Shown here one piece after another: positions 9,501 to 17,684 of a stretch of 32,000 bases of DNA. Source of the DNA: Ignicoccus hospitalis KIN4/I. Its GTDB lineage: Archaea; Thermoproteota; Thermoprotei_A; Sulfolobales; Ignicoccaceae. The position numbers and the translations under genes were made by a program. The notes beneath the pieces were generated by a model. The model did not search any database, had not been told where the DNA came from, and was given only the letters and a program-made list of their open reading frames with translations. How positions within the stretch are numbered: position 1 is the first letter of the stretch; every line of letters begins with the position of its first letter. Location of the stretch: contig NC_009776.1 in the NCBI RefSeq assembly GCF_000017945.1, positions 240,001 to 272,000 of the forward strand, in the 5' to 3' direction.

Positions 9501-10328
9501 ATGATAGTGAAGAGGGTAAAGACCGGCATACCCGGCATGGACGAGATACTCTACGGAGGCATCCCGGAGAGGAACGTGGTCCTCCTGTCCGGCGGCCCCG
9601 GGACGGGGAAGACGATATTCTCCCAGCAGTTCTTGTGGTACGGGCTGGAGCACGGCGAGCCCGGGATCTACGTCGCCTTGGAGGAGCACCCAGTTCAAAT
9701 TAGGAGGAACATGTTACAGTTCGGCTGGGACGTCAGGAAGTATGAGAAGAAGGGGACCTTCGCGATCATAGACGCCTTCACCGGCGGGATAGGCGAGGCG
9801 GCGAAGAGGGAGAAGTACGTCGTGAGGGACCCTACAGACGTCCACATGCTCGTGGACGTGTTGAGGGAGGCTATAAGGGACTTAGGGGCCAAGAGGGCCG
9901 CCATAGACTCGGTCTCCACGCTCTACTTGACCAGGCCGGCGGTGGCGAGGAGCGTGGTCCTCCAGCTGAAGAGGGTTCTGAGCGGCTTGGGGGTAACCAG
10001 CATCTTGGTGAGCCAAGTGTCCGCCACGGAGAGGGGCTTCGGCGGCCCCGGCGTGGAGCACGCGGCTGACGGCATAATAAGGCTGGACTTGGACGAGTAC
10101 GACGGCGAACTCTACCGCTCTCTGATTGTCTGGAAGATGAGGGGGACTAAGCACAGCATGCGGAGGCACCCCTTCGAGATAACGGACAAAGGGATAGTGG
10201 TGTTCTACGACAAGGTGTTGAGAGTGAGGGCGGGCAAGGCCTACGTGGAGCCCCTGAACCCGGAGGTGGTGAGGGAGATGGAGGAGGCCTCCAAGAAGAC
10301 GGAGGACGTCTACGAAGGGGAGGTCTGA
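9501..10328 (+). CDS. KaiC/RadA-like RecA-superfamily ATPase (single domain)
   Basis: [42 protein letters not shown] (Walker A), [11 protein letters not shown] (Walker B), [12 protein letters not shown]. Confidence 0.88.
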   Translation: MIVKRVKTGIPGMDEILYGGIPERNVVLLSGGPGTGKTIFSQQFLWYGLEHGEPGIYVALEEHPVQIRRNMLQFGWDVRKYEKKGTFAIIDAFTGGIGEAAKREKYVVRDPTDVHMLVDVLREAIRDLGAKRAAIDSVSTLYLTRPAVARSVVLQLKRVLSGLGVTSILVSQVSATERGFGGPGVEHAADGIIRLDLDEYDGELYRSLIVWKMRGTKHSMRRHPFEITDKGIVVFYDKVLRVRAGKAYVEPLNPEVVREMEEASKKTEDVYEGEV

Positions 10329-10331
10329 GAG

Positions 10332-10817
10332 TTGGAGAGGCTCGTGGTGGCGGGGAGGGTTTACAACGCAATAAAGGTTATGAAAGACTTTCCTTTCGAG
10401 TACGCTTTGTTCTTGAAGTTCGAGGCGCGGGAGGGGGAGGTGTTGGTGAAGGACTTCGCCTTCCCCCTCCAGCGGGTTACCCGCACATCCTTCGAGGTGT
10501 TGGACCCGAGGCCGGTGGCGGCGGGCTACGAGGGGGTCTTGCACAAGCACCTAAGCTGTCGCGAGTTCTCCATAAGGGACCTCCCCCTGCTGCGCTCCTT
10601 CCCCCTCAACTTGTTGGTCGTAAGGGACCGGGTCGTGCGGGTGGCTTGGAGGGGTGAGCTCTACGCGGCTCACGAAGAAGGAGCTGGAGATGGAGTTGGA
10701 GAGGGTGCGCTGGAAGAAGGGGAAGTTAGGTATAAAGTACGAGCAATACCCAACCCCCGCCTCTGTGGCGGCGGACGTCTTGTGGAGGGCCTTCTTGGCC
10801 GGGGACATCGAAGGTAA
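10332..10817 (+). CDS. Possible divergent JAMM/MPN (Mov34-like) domain protein; C-terminus overlaps the next gene
   Basis: FPFEYALFLKF...GYEGVLHKHLSCREFSIRDLPLLRSFPLNLLVV resembles the JAMM layout (E...HxH...SxxD); starts 4 nt after the upstream gene's stop. Confidence 0.5.
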   Translation: MERLVVAGRVYNAIKVMKDFPFEYALFLKFEAREGEVLVKDFAFPLQRVTRTSFEVLDPRPVAAGYEGVLHKHLSCREFSIRDLPLLRSFPLNLLVVRDRVVRVAWRGELYAAHEEGAGDGVGEGALEEGEVRYKVRAIPNPRLCGGGRLVEGLLGRGHRR

Positions 10818-11247
10818 GCTTGTGGTGGACTTGGGCTGCGGCACGGGGAGGCTCGCGTACGGGGCCTCGCTCTTGGGCGCTAGGTCCATATGCTTGGAGC
10901 TGGACTTGGAGCTTTTGAGGGAGGCCCCTTTGGAGGAGAGGGTGCTGGCGGAGGTCCCGCGCGTACCTTTGAGGAGGGCCGATACGGTAATAATGAACCC
11001 GCCCTTCGGGACCAAGGTGAAGAGGGCGGACAGGGCCTTCTTGTTGGCGGCCTTCGACCTGGCCCCCACCGTCTACTCCATCCAGCCCTCGGGGGTTTGG
11101 AAAGTCGTTAAGAGGTTGGGAGAGGAGAGGGGCTTCCGGTGCGAGGCCTTGGCCCGGTACGAGATGCACCTCCCCCAGCTCTACGAGTTCCACGTCTCTA
11201 GGAAGAGGAGGACCGAGGTGAGCCTCTATTGCTGCCGGCGGTGGTGA
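10654..11247 (+). CDS. METTL5-like N6-adenine RNA methyltransferase
   Basis: EQYPTPASVAADVLWRAFLAGDIEGKLVVDLGCGTGRLAYGASLLGA...DTVIMNPPFGTKVKRADRAFLLAAF: SAM motif plus NPPF motif with METTL5-like context. Confidence 0.85.
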   Translation: MSSTRLTKKELEMELERVRWKKGKLGIKYEQYPTPASVAADVLWRAFLAGDIEGKLVVDLGCGTGRLAYGASLLGARSICLELDLELLREAPLEERVLAEVPRVPLRRADTVIMNPPFGTKVKRADRAFLLAAFDLAPTVYSIQPSGVWKVVKRLGEERGFRCEALARYEMHLPQLYEFHVSRKRRTEVSLYCCRRW

Positions 11248-12118
11248 CCACCACCCCCTCCTCCGTCACGAAGATGGTGTGCTCCCACTGCGCCACCTCG
11301 CCCCTCTTCGCCTCTATGAGTATAGGATACGCCGTTAATACACCTATCTTCGATAACCTCAACAGAGCTTCCATCAACTTGTCGTAAGCCATCACGTCCG
11401 TGAGCCAGCGGGGGGAGAACGGGAGGGTCTTGAACCTTTCGTTTATCACCTCTACCAAGTCTTTTAGGTCGCCCGCCCTCTTCTCCCACCCCTTGGGGGG
11501 CCTAGGCCGGAGGGAGAAGATGGTAACCTCCTTCCCCTCCACCACGTACCCGGCCCCGTCCGTGCCGAAGGGCTCTATCGCGTACGCCCGCCCGGGCTCC
11601 AGCTTGAAGGGCAAGGGCTCGGGGACGTTGGGTATGGAGACCCCGGAGTGCACCAAGTAGGGGGCCAAGCCGTGGCCTCCCAAGTTAGAGATCGGTTTGA
11701 AGCCCTTCCTCCTTATCGTCACACTTATGGTGGTCCCTATGGCGGAGACCGAGAGGCCCGGCCTGGCCCTCTCCAAGGCCCTCTCCAGCGCCTCTTTGAC
11801 GGCCTCCGACAACTTCTCGTGTTTCTCCACGGGCTTGAGTAACACGCTTATTGCGGAGTCCGCGATCCTCCCGCGCACGTGGGCGCCCAAGTCGAGTTTG
11901 ACTATCCCCTTCTCCGGGAGCCTCTTCGGGTCCTCCGGCACGGGGGAGTAGTGGGCGGCCTCGTAACCCACGCTCAGGTTACAGGGGAAGGCCGGCCCGT
12001 CCGAGAGCTTCCTTATTAGGTCCTCCACCTCCTCGCAAATCTCTAAAACCGAGGCGCCGGGCCTTATCAGCTCCCTCCCCCTCTCCAGCGCCCTCCTGAC
12101 AGCTTCTCCGGACCTCAA
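11198..12118 (-). CDS. map: Methionine aminopeptidase, type II
   Basis: FPCNLSVGYEAAHYSPVPED, KLDLGAHVRGRIADSAISVL, LGGHGLAPYLVH, GRAYAIEPFGT, EHTIFVTEEG. Confidence 0.9.
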   Translation of the reverse strand: MRSGEAVRRALERGRELIRPGASVLEICEEVEDLIRKLSDGPAFPCNLSVGYEAAHYSPVPEDPKRLPEKGIVKLDLGAHVRGRIADSAISVLLKPVEKHEKLSEAVKEALERALERARPGLSVSAIGTTISVTIRRKGFKPISNLGGHGLAPYLVHSGVSIPNVPEPLPFKLEPGRAYAIEPFGTDGAGYVVEGKEVTIFSLRPRPPKGWEKRAGDLKDLVEVINERFKTLPFSPRWLTDVMAYDKLMEALLRLSKIGVLTAYPILIEAKRGEVAQWEHTIFVTEEGVVVTTAGSNRGSPRSSSS

Positions 12119-12135
12119 GTAGAGCTCCAGCTCCT

Positions 12136-14094
12136 CTATGGTTTGACACCGCCCTCCCTCCTAGGGGGGCGTATTTCAAGGAGTTCCTCGACCCTAGCCT
12201 TAAACCTGGCCCACCATTCTATGCCCTTCCCCTCATCGAAGAGCCTCCCCCACTTCTCCGGCATGACCCTCTTAGCCATAGTCCTCACGACGTCGTAGGT
12301 CTTCTTACTCTCCCACGGGACGGGCTCGGCTCCGGCCTCCACGTTGTACACGGCCACGCTCCTATACACGGCCTTCGCGTACTCGTCGTTGACCTCCGCC
12401 CCCACCATCTCCTTGTACATCTCTCCCACCAGCCTCTCCGCCCACTTCCGGTGGAAGCGGCATATGCCGGCGTTGTCTATTATGAGCTCCTTCAAGGCCC
12501 TCTTGAAGGAGCTCTCGGCGAACTTCTCGGGCTCGTCGAAGGTCGGCCGGTAGTTGGTCCAGTACCTCCCCAAGACGTAGAGCGGGGCTACCATTCCGGG
12601 GGCCCAGTACAAATTCGGCGTCATGTAGCCCTTCTCCCCGAAGGCGACGTAAACCGCTAAGTCCTCGAACTTCACCCTCTCCGTCCTGGAGGGGAGCTCC
12701 CGGTCCAAGTACTTGGCCGCCCCCCTGAGCCCCCTCTTCGCCGCCTCCCCCGGCACTCCCACGCCCTTAGCGTACTGCTCCAATATCTTTTTCGCTATCT
12801 CGTAGTTCTTCTCGCTCTCCTCCACCTCGAAGTGGGAGGGGTCGAAGGACGGCGGCTCGCTCACCCCGAGCTCCTCGGGCCTCAACAAGTTCCGGTAGAG
12901 CGCGTCCATGAGCCACGAGACCACGTGGCCGGCCTCTATGGCGTCCATCCCGTACGAGTCCACCACTTCTATCAACTTTACTGTTAAGTCCAACTTGAAG
13001 ACTCCTATCAAGGGCCCCATGGCGTTGCTCGGCTCGTAGTCCAGCTTCACGCCCCTCCAGACTTTCTTACAAGCGGCCGGGCACGGGTCCCCGCAGCCGC
13101 CGAAGACCCTCCTCTTTATGGTCTCCTCCACGAACGGCGTCCAGAAGTACTTAATTATCATCTTGCTCAGTCTCGTCCTCGTCTCGTCGCTGTAGTATAT
13201 GCTGTTAAAGGCGAACATCGGTATTAGGTCCCTGTAGTAAACGTAGTTCACCCCGAAGGTCCCCCCGCTCTTGTACTTGGGGTCGTACCGGTACTTGGTG
13301 GTTGCCTCCAAGACCGCTTCCACGTAACTCTTGCCGAAGGCCTCCCTGCTGAGCCTCTCCGGCAAGTCCCCGGGGACCTCCGGCGGCTCGTAACGCCCCC
13401 CGAAGCCCACTGCCCACACGTTGTGGGCCCTAGCCAAGGCGCTCCCCGGGCCTCCCCTCCCGAAGAAGTCCACCGCAAAGGGGGAAAGCTCGTTGCCGAG
13501 CCTCTCTATGCTGACCAACGAGCCCGACACGGAGAACAAGGAGAAGGGTCCCACAGCTACGGCGCGCGCGGGGGAGTAGTTGTCGTAAACGTACTTGCTC
13601 AAGGCGAAGGTGCCGAAGTAGCCCCCGTAGTTGAAGGCGTCCGAGGTAACGTTCTTGAACTTGACGTCCTTTAGCCCTTCCTCGTCCCCCTCCAAGAGCA
13701 CTATTTTGGGGGAGTTGGCCCTCCCCTTGAAGACTACCAGGCTCGTCCCGGAGCTTATGAAGTCGAAGCCCGCCCCTCCGGCGGCCGTGACGTGGAGGCC
13801 CCTCGTCATGGGACTTTTGAAGACTATTATTAGCCTGTTGCTCCCGAAGAAGGGGGAGCGCGCGAAGGGGCCAGTACCCATAACTACTAAGTTCTTCTCC
13901 ACGGGGTCCCAGTCTTGAGTTTGGTACTTCAAGTGGAGCTTCACTCCAGCTTCCACCGGGCCCAAAGCGTTTATGTTTATCCTCCTCCAGTTTTCCTCCT
14001 CTAGGTCGATTTCTATTGGGTTAATCAAGGGCTCGCGCAACCCGTTCGCCCGGGACAATTCTAGGAAAGGGAACCAAAGTGTGGGGGCGTTCAA
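12136..14094 (-). CDS. aor: Aldehyde ferredoxin oxidoreductase (AOR)-family tungsten enzyme
   Basis: AARAVAVGP-like region, GRGGPGSALARA, GGCGDPCPAACKK (Fe-S cysteines), DSYGMDAIEAG and DNAGICRF (pterin-binding DxxGx[CD]-type motifs). Start placed tentatively at TTG 14094. Confidence 0.85.
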   Translation of the reverse strand: MNAPTLWFPFLELSRANGLREPLINPIEIDLEEENWRRININALGPVEAGVKLHLKYQTQDWDPVEKNLVVMGTGPFARSPFFGSNRLIIVFKSPMTRGLHVTAAGGAGFDFISSGTSLVVFKGRANSPKIVLLEGDEEGLKDVKFKNVTSDAFNYGGYFGTFALSKYVYDNYSPARAVAVGPFSLFSVSGSLVSIERLGNELSPFAVDFFGRGGPGSALARAHNVWAVGFGGRYEPPEVPGDLPERLSREAFGKSYVEAVLEATTKYRYDPKYKSGGTFGVNYVYYRDLIPMFAFNSIYYSDETRTRLSKMIIKYFWTPFVEETIKRRVFGGCGDPCPAACKKVWRGVKLDYEPSNAMGPLIGVFKLDLTVKLIEVVDSYGMDAIEAGHVVSWLMDALYRNLLRPEELGVSEPPSFDPSHFEVEESEKNYEIAKKILEQYAKGVGVPGEAAKRGLRGAAKYLDRELPSRTERVKFEDLAVYVAFGEKGYMTPNLYWAPGMVAPLYVLGRYWTNYRPTFDEPEKFAESSFKRALKELIIDNAGICRFHRKWAERLVGEMYKEMVGAEVNDEYAKAVYRSVAVYNVEAGAEPVPWESKKTYDVVRTMAKRVMPEKWGRLFDEGKGIEWWARFKARVEELLEIRPPRREGGVKP

Positions 14095-14137
14095 CAGAAA
14101 GCGCCCCCCGCGCGAGCCCCTCCCAGGCGGAAGGGTA

Positions 14138-14524
14138 ATGATGTATATGACGCTGGACGTCCTAGCGTGTCCGTACTGCAAGGATGAAGGCTTCCCGCTG
14201 AAGCTTTATGTAATAGAAAAGAAGAAGGTGAAGAGGAAGAGGCCCCCGAAGGAGAAGCCCTACTGCGAGCTCTACTGCGGCTACTTGGGGAAGTACTTGA
14301 AGGACGTGCGAGACCCCCCTTGCGAGCAGTGCTTGGACGAGGAGGTGGTGACGGGGGTGCTCGTCTGCCCCAAGTGCGGGCGCTGGTTCCCGATAATAGA
14401 CGGCATCCCGCACATGCTGCCGGACGAGCTCAGAAACAAGGAGGAGGACTTGAAATTCCTAAGGAAGTACAAGGACTTGTTGCCCGAAGAGGTGCTGTCC
14501 GGCAAGCCTTGGGGGATAAAATGA
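14138..14524 (+). CDS. Trm112-like zinc-ribbon protein
   Basis: MMYMTLDVLACPYCKDEGFPLKL...CPKCGRWFPIIDGIPHMLPDELR is a Trm112/UPF0434-like signature; an internal Cys-rich segment CELYC...CEQC is also present. Confidence 0.75.
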   Translation: MMYMTLDVLACPYCKDEGFPLKLYVIEKKKVKRKRPPKEKPYCELYCGYLGKYLKDVRDPPCEQCLDEEVVTGVLVCPKCGRWFPIIDGIPHMLPDELRNKEEDLKFLRKYKDLLPEEVLSGKPWGIK

Positions 14525-15606
14525 ACCCCCTCTTGAAGTCCCACTTGCTCGCGTTTTTCCTGTTCCTCTCCGCCTCTTCCTCGGACCCCTACGTCCTGAG
14601 GGAGGCCCACGTCTACGGCTCCCTCTCCGTGGGGCTGGCCAGCGGGCTGGCCTCGCTGGTCGGACTGGCCTCCAAGCTTACTATGTTCAAGAGGGGCTTG
14701 AGCCCGGGGATGGCCTCCTCCGCCCCCGCGTTGATGATCCTCGCCTACCCTACGGCGCTCCTCGGCCTCCCGGGCTTCTTCGCGTACTTGATGCTCACCA
14801 ACGTAGCGTTCGCAATAATATTGGTTTTATCCCTAACAGTGGTCGCGGAGGAGGCGCCTCCGAACAAGCTGGGCTTCCACTACGCGTTGAGGGGGATCGC
14901 GCTCTCGGCCGCGTCCTTCTTGGGACCCCTCGTGGGGGGTTTGGCTTACTCCGCCTTGGGCCTCCCGGGCTCCCTGGCCGTCGGGGCCGCGGCGTCTGCA
15001 GTAACCTTCGCGATTCAGAGGACCTTGATGGGCTACTCCTTCAAGGGCGGGGGCGGGTGGAGCTTCAGCCCCTCTTGGGCGTTGGCCTACGCTACCTCCT
15101 TCTTCTTGGCTTCAACCGTACTTATAATTTCCACTTACTTGCCGCCCTACCAAGCGAGCCGCGGCAGCGGGTACTTGGCCACCACCTACTTCTTCTCCGG
15201 GAGGGCCTTGGGCAGCGGGAGCACCAGGGTGCTCGGGGGCATAATCGCGGACGCGGCTCCGCGCTTGATAGCGGTCCCTCCCTTGCTGGCCCTCGCGGCC
15301 TCCCGCTTGGCCCTCAACGCCCTCGAGCCCTCGGCGGCGGCCGTCGCGGGGTTCTTCACCGGCGGCTCTTGGGGTTTAGCCAGTCCCACGTTGCTCTCAA
15401 TAGCCGCGAGGGAGAAGGAGAAGGGGAAGAGCATGAGTTTATTCACGACGGCTTGGGACTTAGCAAACGTGACCTCGGTCCCCCTCGCGGGGGCCGCGGG
15501 CTCCTTCGAGGCCTCCCTCTCGCTCTCCACCGCGACCGCCTCTATGGCGTTGGTCTCGGCGGCGCTCCTCGCGGCCTCTCGCAAAATAAACCCCGGGCGG
15601 GGCTAA
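14521..15606 (+). CDS. MFS-type permease
   Basis: About 12 hydrophobic helices; starts ATG 14521 overlapping the upstream stop. Confidence 0.65.
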   Translation: MNPLLKSHLLAFFLFLSASSSDPYVLREAHVYGSLSVGLASGLASLVGLASKLTMFKRGLSPGMASSAPALMILAYPTALLGLPGFFAYLMLTNVAFAIILVLSLTVVAEEAPPNKLGFHYALRGIALSAASFLGPLVGGLAYSALGLPGSLAVGAAASAVTFAIQRTLMGYSFKGGGGWSFSPSWALAYATSFFLASTVLIISTYLPPYQASRGSGYLATTYFFSGRALGSGSTRVLGGIIADAAPRLIAVPPLLALAASRLALNALEPSAAAVAGFFTGGSWGLASPTLLSIAAREKEKGKSMSLFTTAWDLANVTSVPLAGAAGSFEASLSLSTATASMALVSAALLAASRKINPGRG

Positions 15607-15625
15607 CCTCTCGTCGGGGAGGAAA

Positions 15626-15922
15626 ATGAGCTTAGGAGAGGCCTTCTCCAAGCTGATAGAGAGGATGGTTGTAGAGGAGTTCCACCCCAAGTCCGTTAAG
15701 GTGATAGCCGAGCCGTCGCCCTTCGGGGGCACTTACTACATAGAGATGACTTTGGATGAACTCCCGGAGGACGTGGAGTTCAGAATAACCGAGATTGTAA
15801 ACGAGGTGGAGTTCAGCTTTTACATGCCTACGAGCTTCGACGTGGAGAAGGATGGGGACTCTTACAAGGTCAGGGCGCTCTTCGTGAGCTCCGGCGAGGA
15901 GGGGGCCTACGCCTACTTGTAA
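15626..15922 (+). CDS. Conserved-looking hypothetical protein, 98 aa
   Basis: ATG start after GGAGG-like purine run (tcggggaggaaa ATG); acidic compositional profile consistent with a soluble protein. Confidence 0.6.
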   Translation: MSLGEAFSKLIERMVVEEFHPKSVKVIAEPSPFGGTYYIEMTLDELPEDVEFRITEIVNEVEFSFYMPTSFDVEKDGDSYKVRALFVSSGEEGAYAYL

Positions 15923-17052
15923 TAGAAGGTCCTCCCGCCGACCTTCAATATAACTTGCCTCCTGTAGGCCATTTGTATTATCCACCCCGCGTTCTTCTTC
16001 AACCCCTCAGCCTCGACCTTCAGGACGGGCTCCTTGAGCTCGAAGCTCACCAGCTTGCCCCCCAACATCTCCACCCCCTCCCTCAAGTCCCTCGGGTCCA
16101 CGGGAGGCAAGCGCTCGCAGAGCTCCCTCTCGAAGATGCAAGAGTCCCAGCACACCTCTCCGTGGTGCCTCGCGTTGGCGTCGCAAGCGGTGTAGAGTAC
16201 CCTCATGCCCAAGGACTCGGCCTCCCTAGCTATCTTGTCCCTCAAATCCCTAGTGTACACGTAGACTTGTTCCCTCCCCCTCGGGAGCCTCCTCAGCCTC
16301 CCCTCCAGAGAGACCCCCAAGGAGCGCAAGTTCTTCATTATCCTCTGAGTCACCCTCAGCCCCCCTAGGACCACGTCCTCCAAGCCGTAGCTGGAGGCCA
16401 GTTCCAACAACTCCTTGGACTCCTTGTCAGTTATGCCGGGGATTATCGGCCTTATGAAGACGGCGACCCCCTTCCCTCCGTCCTTTATCTTCTTAGCCAG
16501 CTCGAACCTCTTCTCCACCGGGGGGAGCCTCGGCTCCAGCTCCCTTGCCCTCCTCAAGCTGCTTACCGAAACTAACACGCTCAGCCTCCTCTCGGAGGAC
16601 TCCAAGAACTCATTCAACCTCCTCTCGGGGAACACCATCTTAAACGACATTTGCGTGTAGTTGCCCAAGTACTTCAACCACTTGAGGTATTCGAAGGTCT
16701 TGTCCAACAGTAAGGGGTGGAAGGGCTCCGTAACGGAGCCCACCGCCACGTAGGTCCCGGTGGGGCCGGGGGCGACGTTGGGGTTGAGCATTAACGCCAG
16801 CGCCAGCTCCGGCCCGCTGAGGGGGTAGGGCTCCACCTTGTCCGTGGGGAACCCCATGTCAGCTATGTAACAATAAACGCAGCCCAAGTCGCACCCTATC
16901 CCCGGGTGGACCGTTATCCCGCAGTCCCTCGGCTCCCTCCTCGCGTGCCAGTCCTCTTCGGCCTTCCTCACGTCCTCTACAATCTCCTTTAACTCTTCCA
17001 ACTTCTTCCTCTTCATCTCTATAGCCTTCGTGAGCCTCCCCAAGGCCCTCAC
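15913..17052 (-). CDS. Radical SAM protein, SplB-like
   Basis: HPGIGCDLGCVYCYIADMGFP (CxxxCxxC) plus archaeal SPL-like downstream sequence GPTGTYVAVGSVTEPFHPLLLDKTFEYLKWL. Confidence 0.85.
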   Translation of the reverse strand: MRALGRLTKAIEMKRKKLEELKEIVEDVRKAEEDWHARREPRDCGITVHPGIGCDLGCVYCYIADMGFPTDKVEPYPLSGPELALALMLNPNVAPGPTGTYVAVGSVTEPFHPLLLDKTFEYLKWLKYLGNYTQMSFKMVFPERRLNEFLESSERRLSVLVSVSSLRRARELEPRLPPVEKRFELAKKIKDGGKGVAVFIRPIIPGITDKESKELLELASSYGLEDVVLGGLRVTQRIMKNLRSLGVSLEGRLRRLPRGREQVYVYTRDLRDKIAREAESLGMRVLYTACDANARHHGEVCWDSCIFERELCERLPPVDPRDLREGVEMLGGKLVSFELKEPVLKVEAEGLKKNAGWIIQMAYRRQVILKVGGRTFYYK

Positions 17053-17633
17053 CCGGAGTCGAACAGGGACCTCTGCTTGTAGACCTCGTTAAAGGCCTTC
17101 TTTAAGTCGCTTACGAACTGCTCCTTGAGCTTCGGGTTCCGGAGGACGGCGGCGGGGTGGTAGGTGACCAAGACCTTCACCCGCGCCCCTCCCGCGGAGG
17201 CGACCAAGACCTTCCCCCTGACGCCCTTCAACGGGCCCTTGAGGCCCAGCAAGGCCTCGGCGGCTGTCCTCCCCAGCGCCACGACCAACTTAGGCCTTAT
17301 GCAGTTCAGCTCCTCAATTAAGTAGGGCTTACACGCCTCCACCTCCTCCTCAGTGGGGGTCCGGTTCCCGGGGGGCCTACACTTCACTACGTTCGTTATG
17401 TAGTATTTCTTAAACCCTATTTGAGATATCGTGGAGCGGAGGAGCCTCCCGGCCCTCCCTACGAAGGGGCGCCCCTCCTCGTCCTCCTCCTTTCCCGGGG
17501 CCTCCCCCACGAAGACTACCTCCGCCCCCTCGTCCCCCTCCCCCGGGACCGGGTTCTTCCTAACCTTACAGAGGTCGCACTTGCAACACCCCTTGACCTT
17601 CTCCGCCACCTCGCGCAAGCACACGGGGCGCAC
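17049..17633 (-). CDS. Uracil-DNA glycosylase, family 4 (Fe-S)
   Basis: CCKCDLCKVRKNPVPGEG...VVFVGEAPGKEEDEEGRPFVGRAGRLLRSTI...YYITNVVKCRPPGNRTPTEEEVEACKPYL...VLVTYHPAAVLRNPK. Confidence 0.93.
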   Translation of the reverse strand: MRPVCLREVAEKVKGCCKCDLCKVRKNPVPGEGDEGAEVVFVGEAPGKEEDEEGRPFVGRAGRLLRSTISQIGFKKYYITNVVKCRPPGNRTPTEEEVEACKPYLIEELNCIRPKLVVALGRTAAEALLGLKGPLKGVRGKVLVASAGGARVKVLVTYHPAAVLRNPKLKEQFVSDLKKAFNEVYKQRSLFDSG

Positions 17634-17684
17634 CGGAGCCCAGCGCTCTTCAGCAACTTTTGTGAGGGGCTCCCGGGAGGGCCC

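Noticed and set aside
13205-13478. Several minus- and plus-strand ORFs overlapping the AOR gene
   Set aside because: Shadow frames of a well-supported AOR-family coding sequence.
15057-15629. 190-aa plus-strand ORF overlapping the first permease
   Set aside because: Different-frame read-through of a hydrophobic transporter gene, with no recognisable protein character.
17050-17075. tRNA T-arm-like string CCCTGTTCGACTCCGGG on the minus strand
   Set aside because: It encodes the C-terminus of the uracil-DNA glycosylase (QRSLFDSG*), and the flanking arms do not pair. Coincidence.
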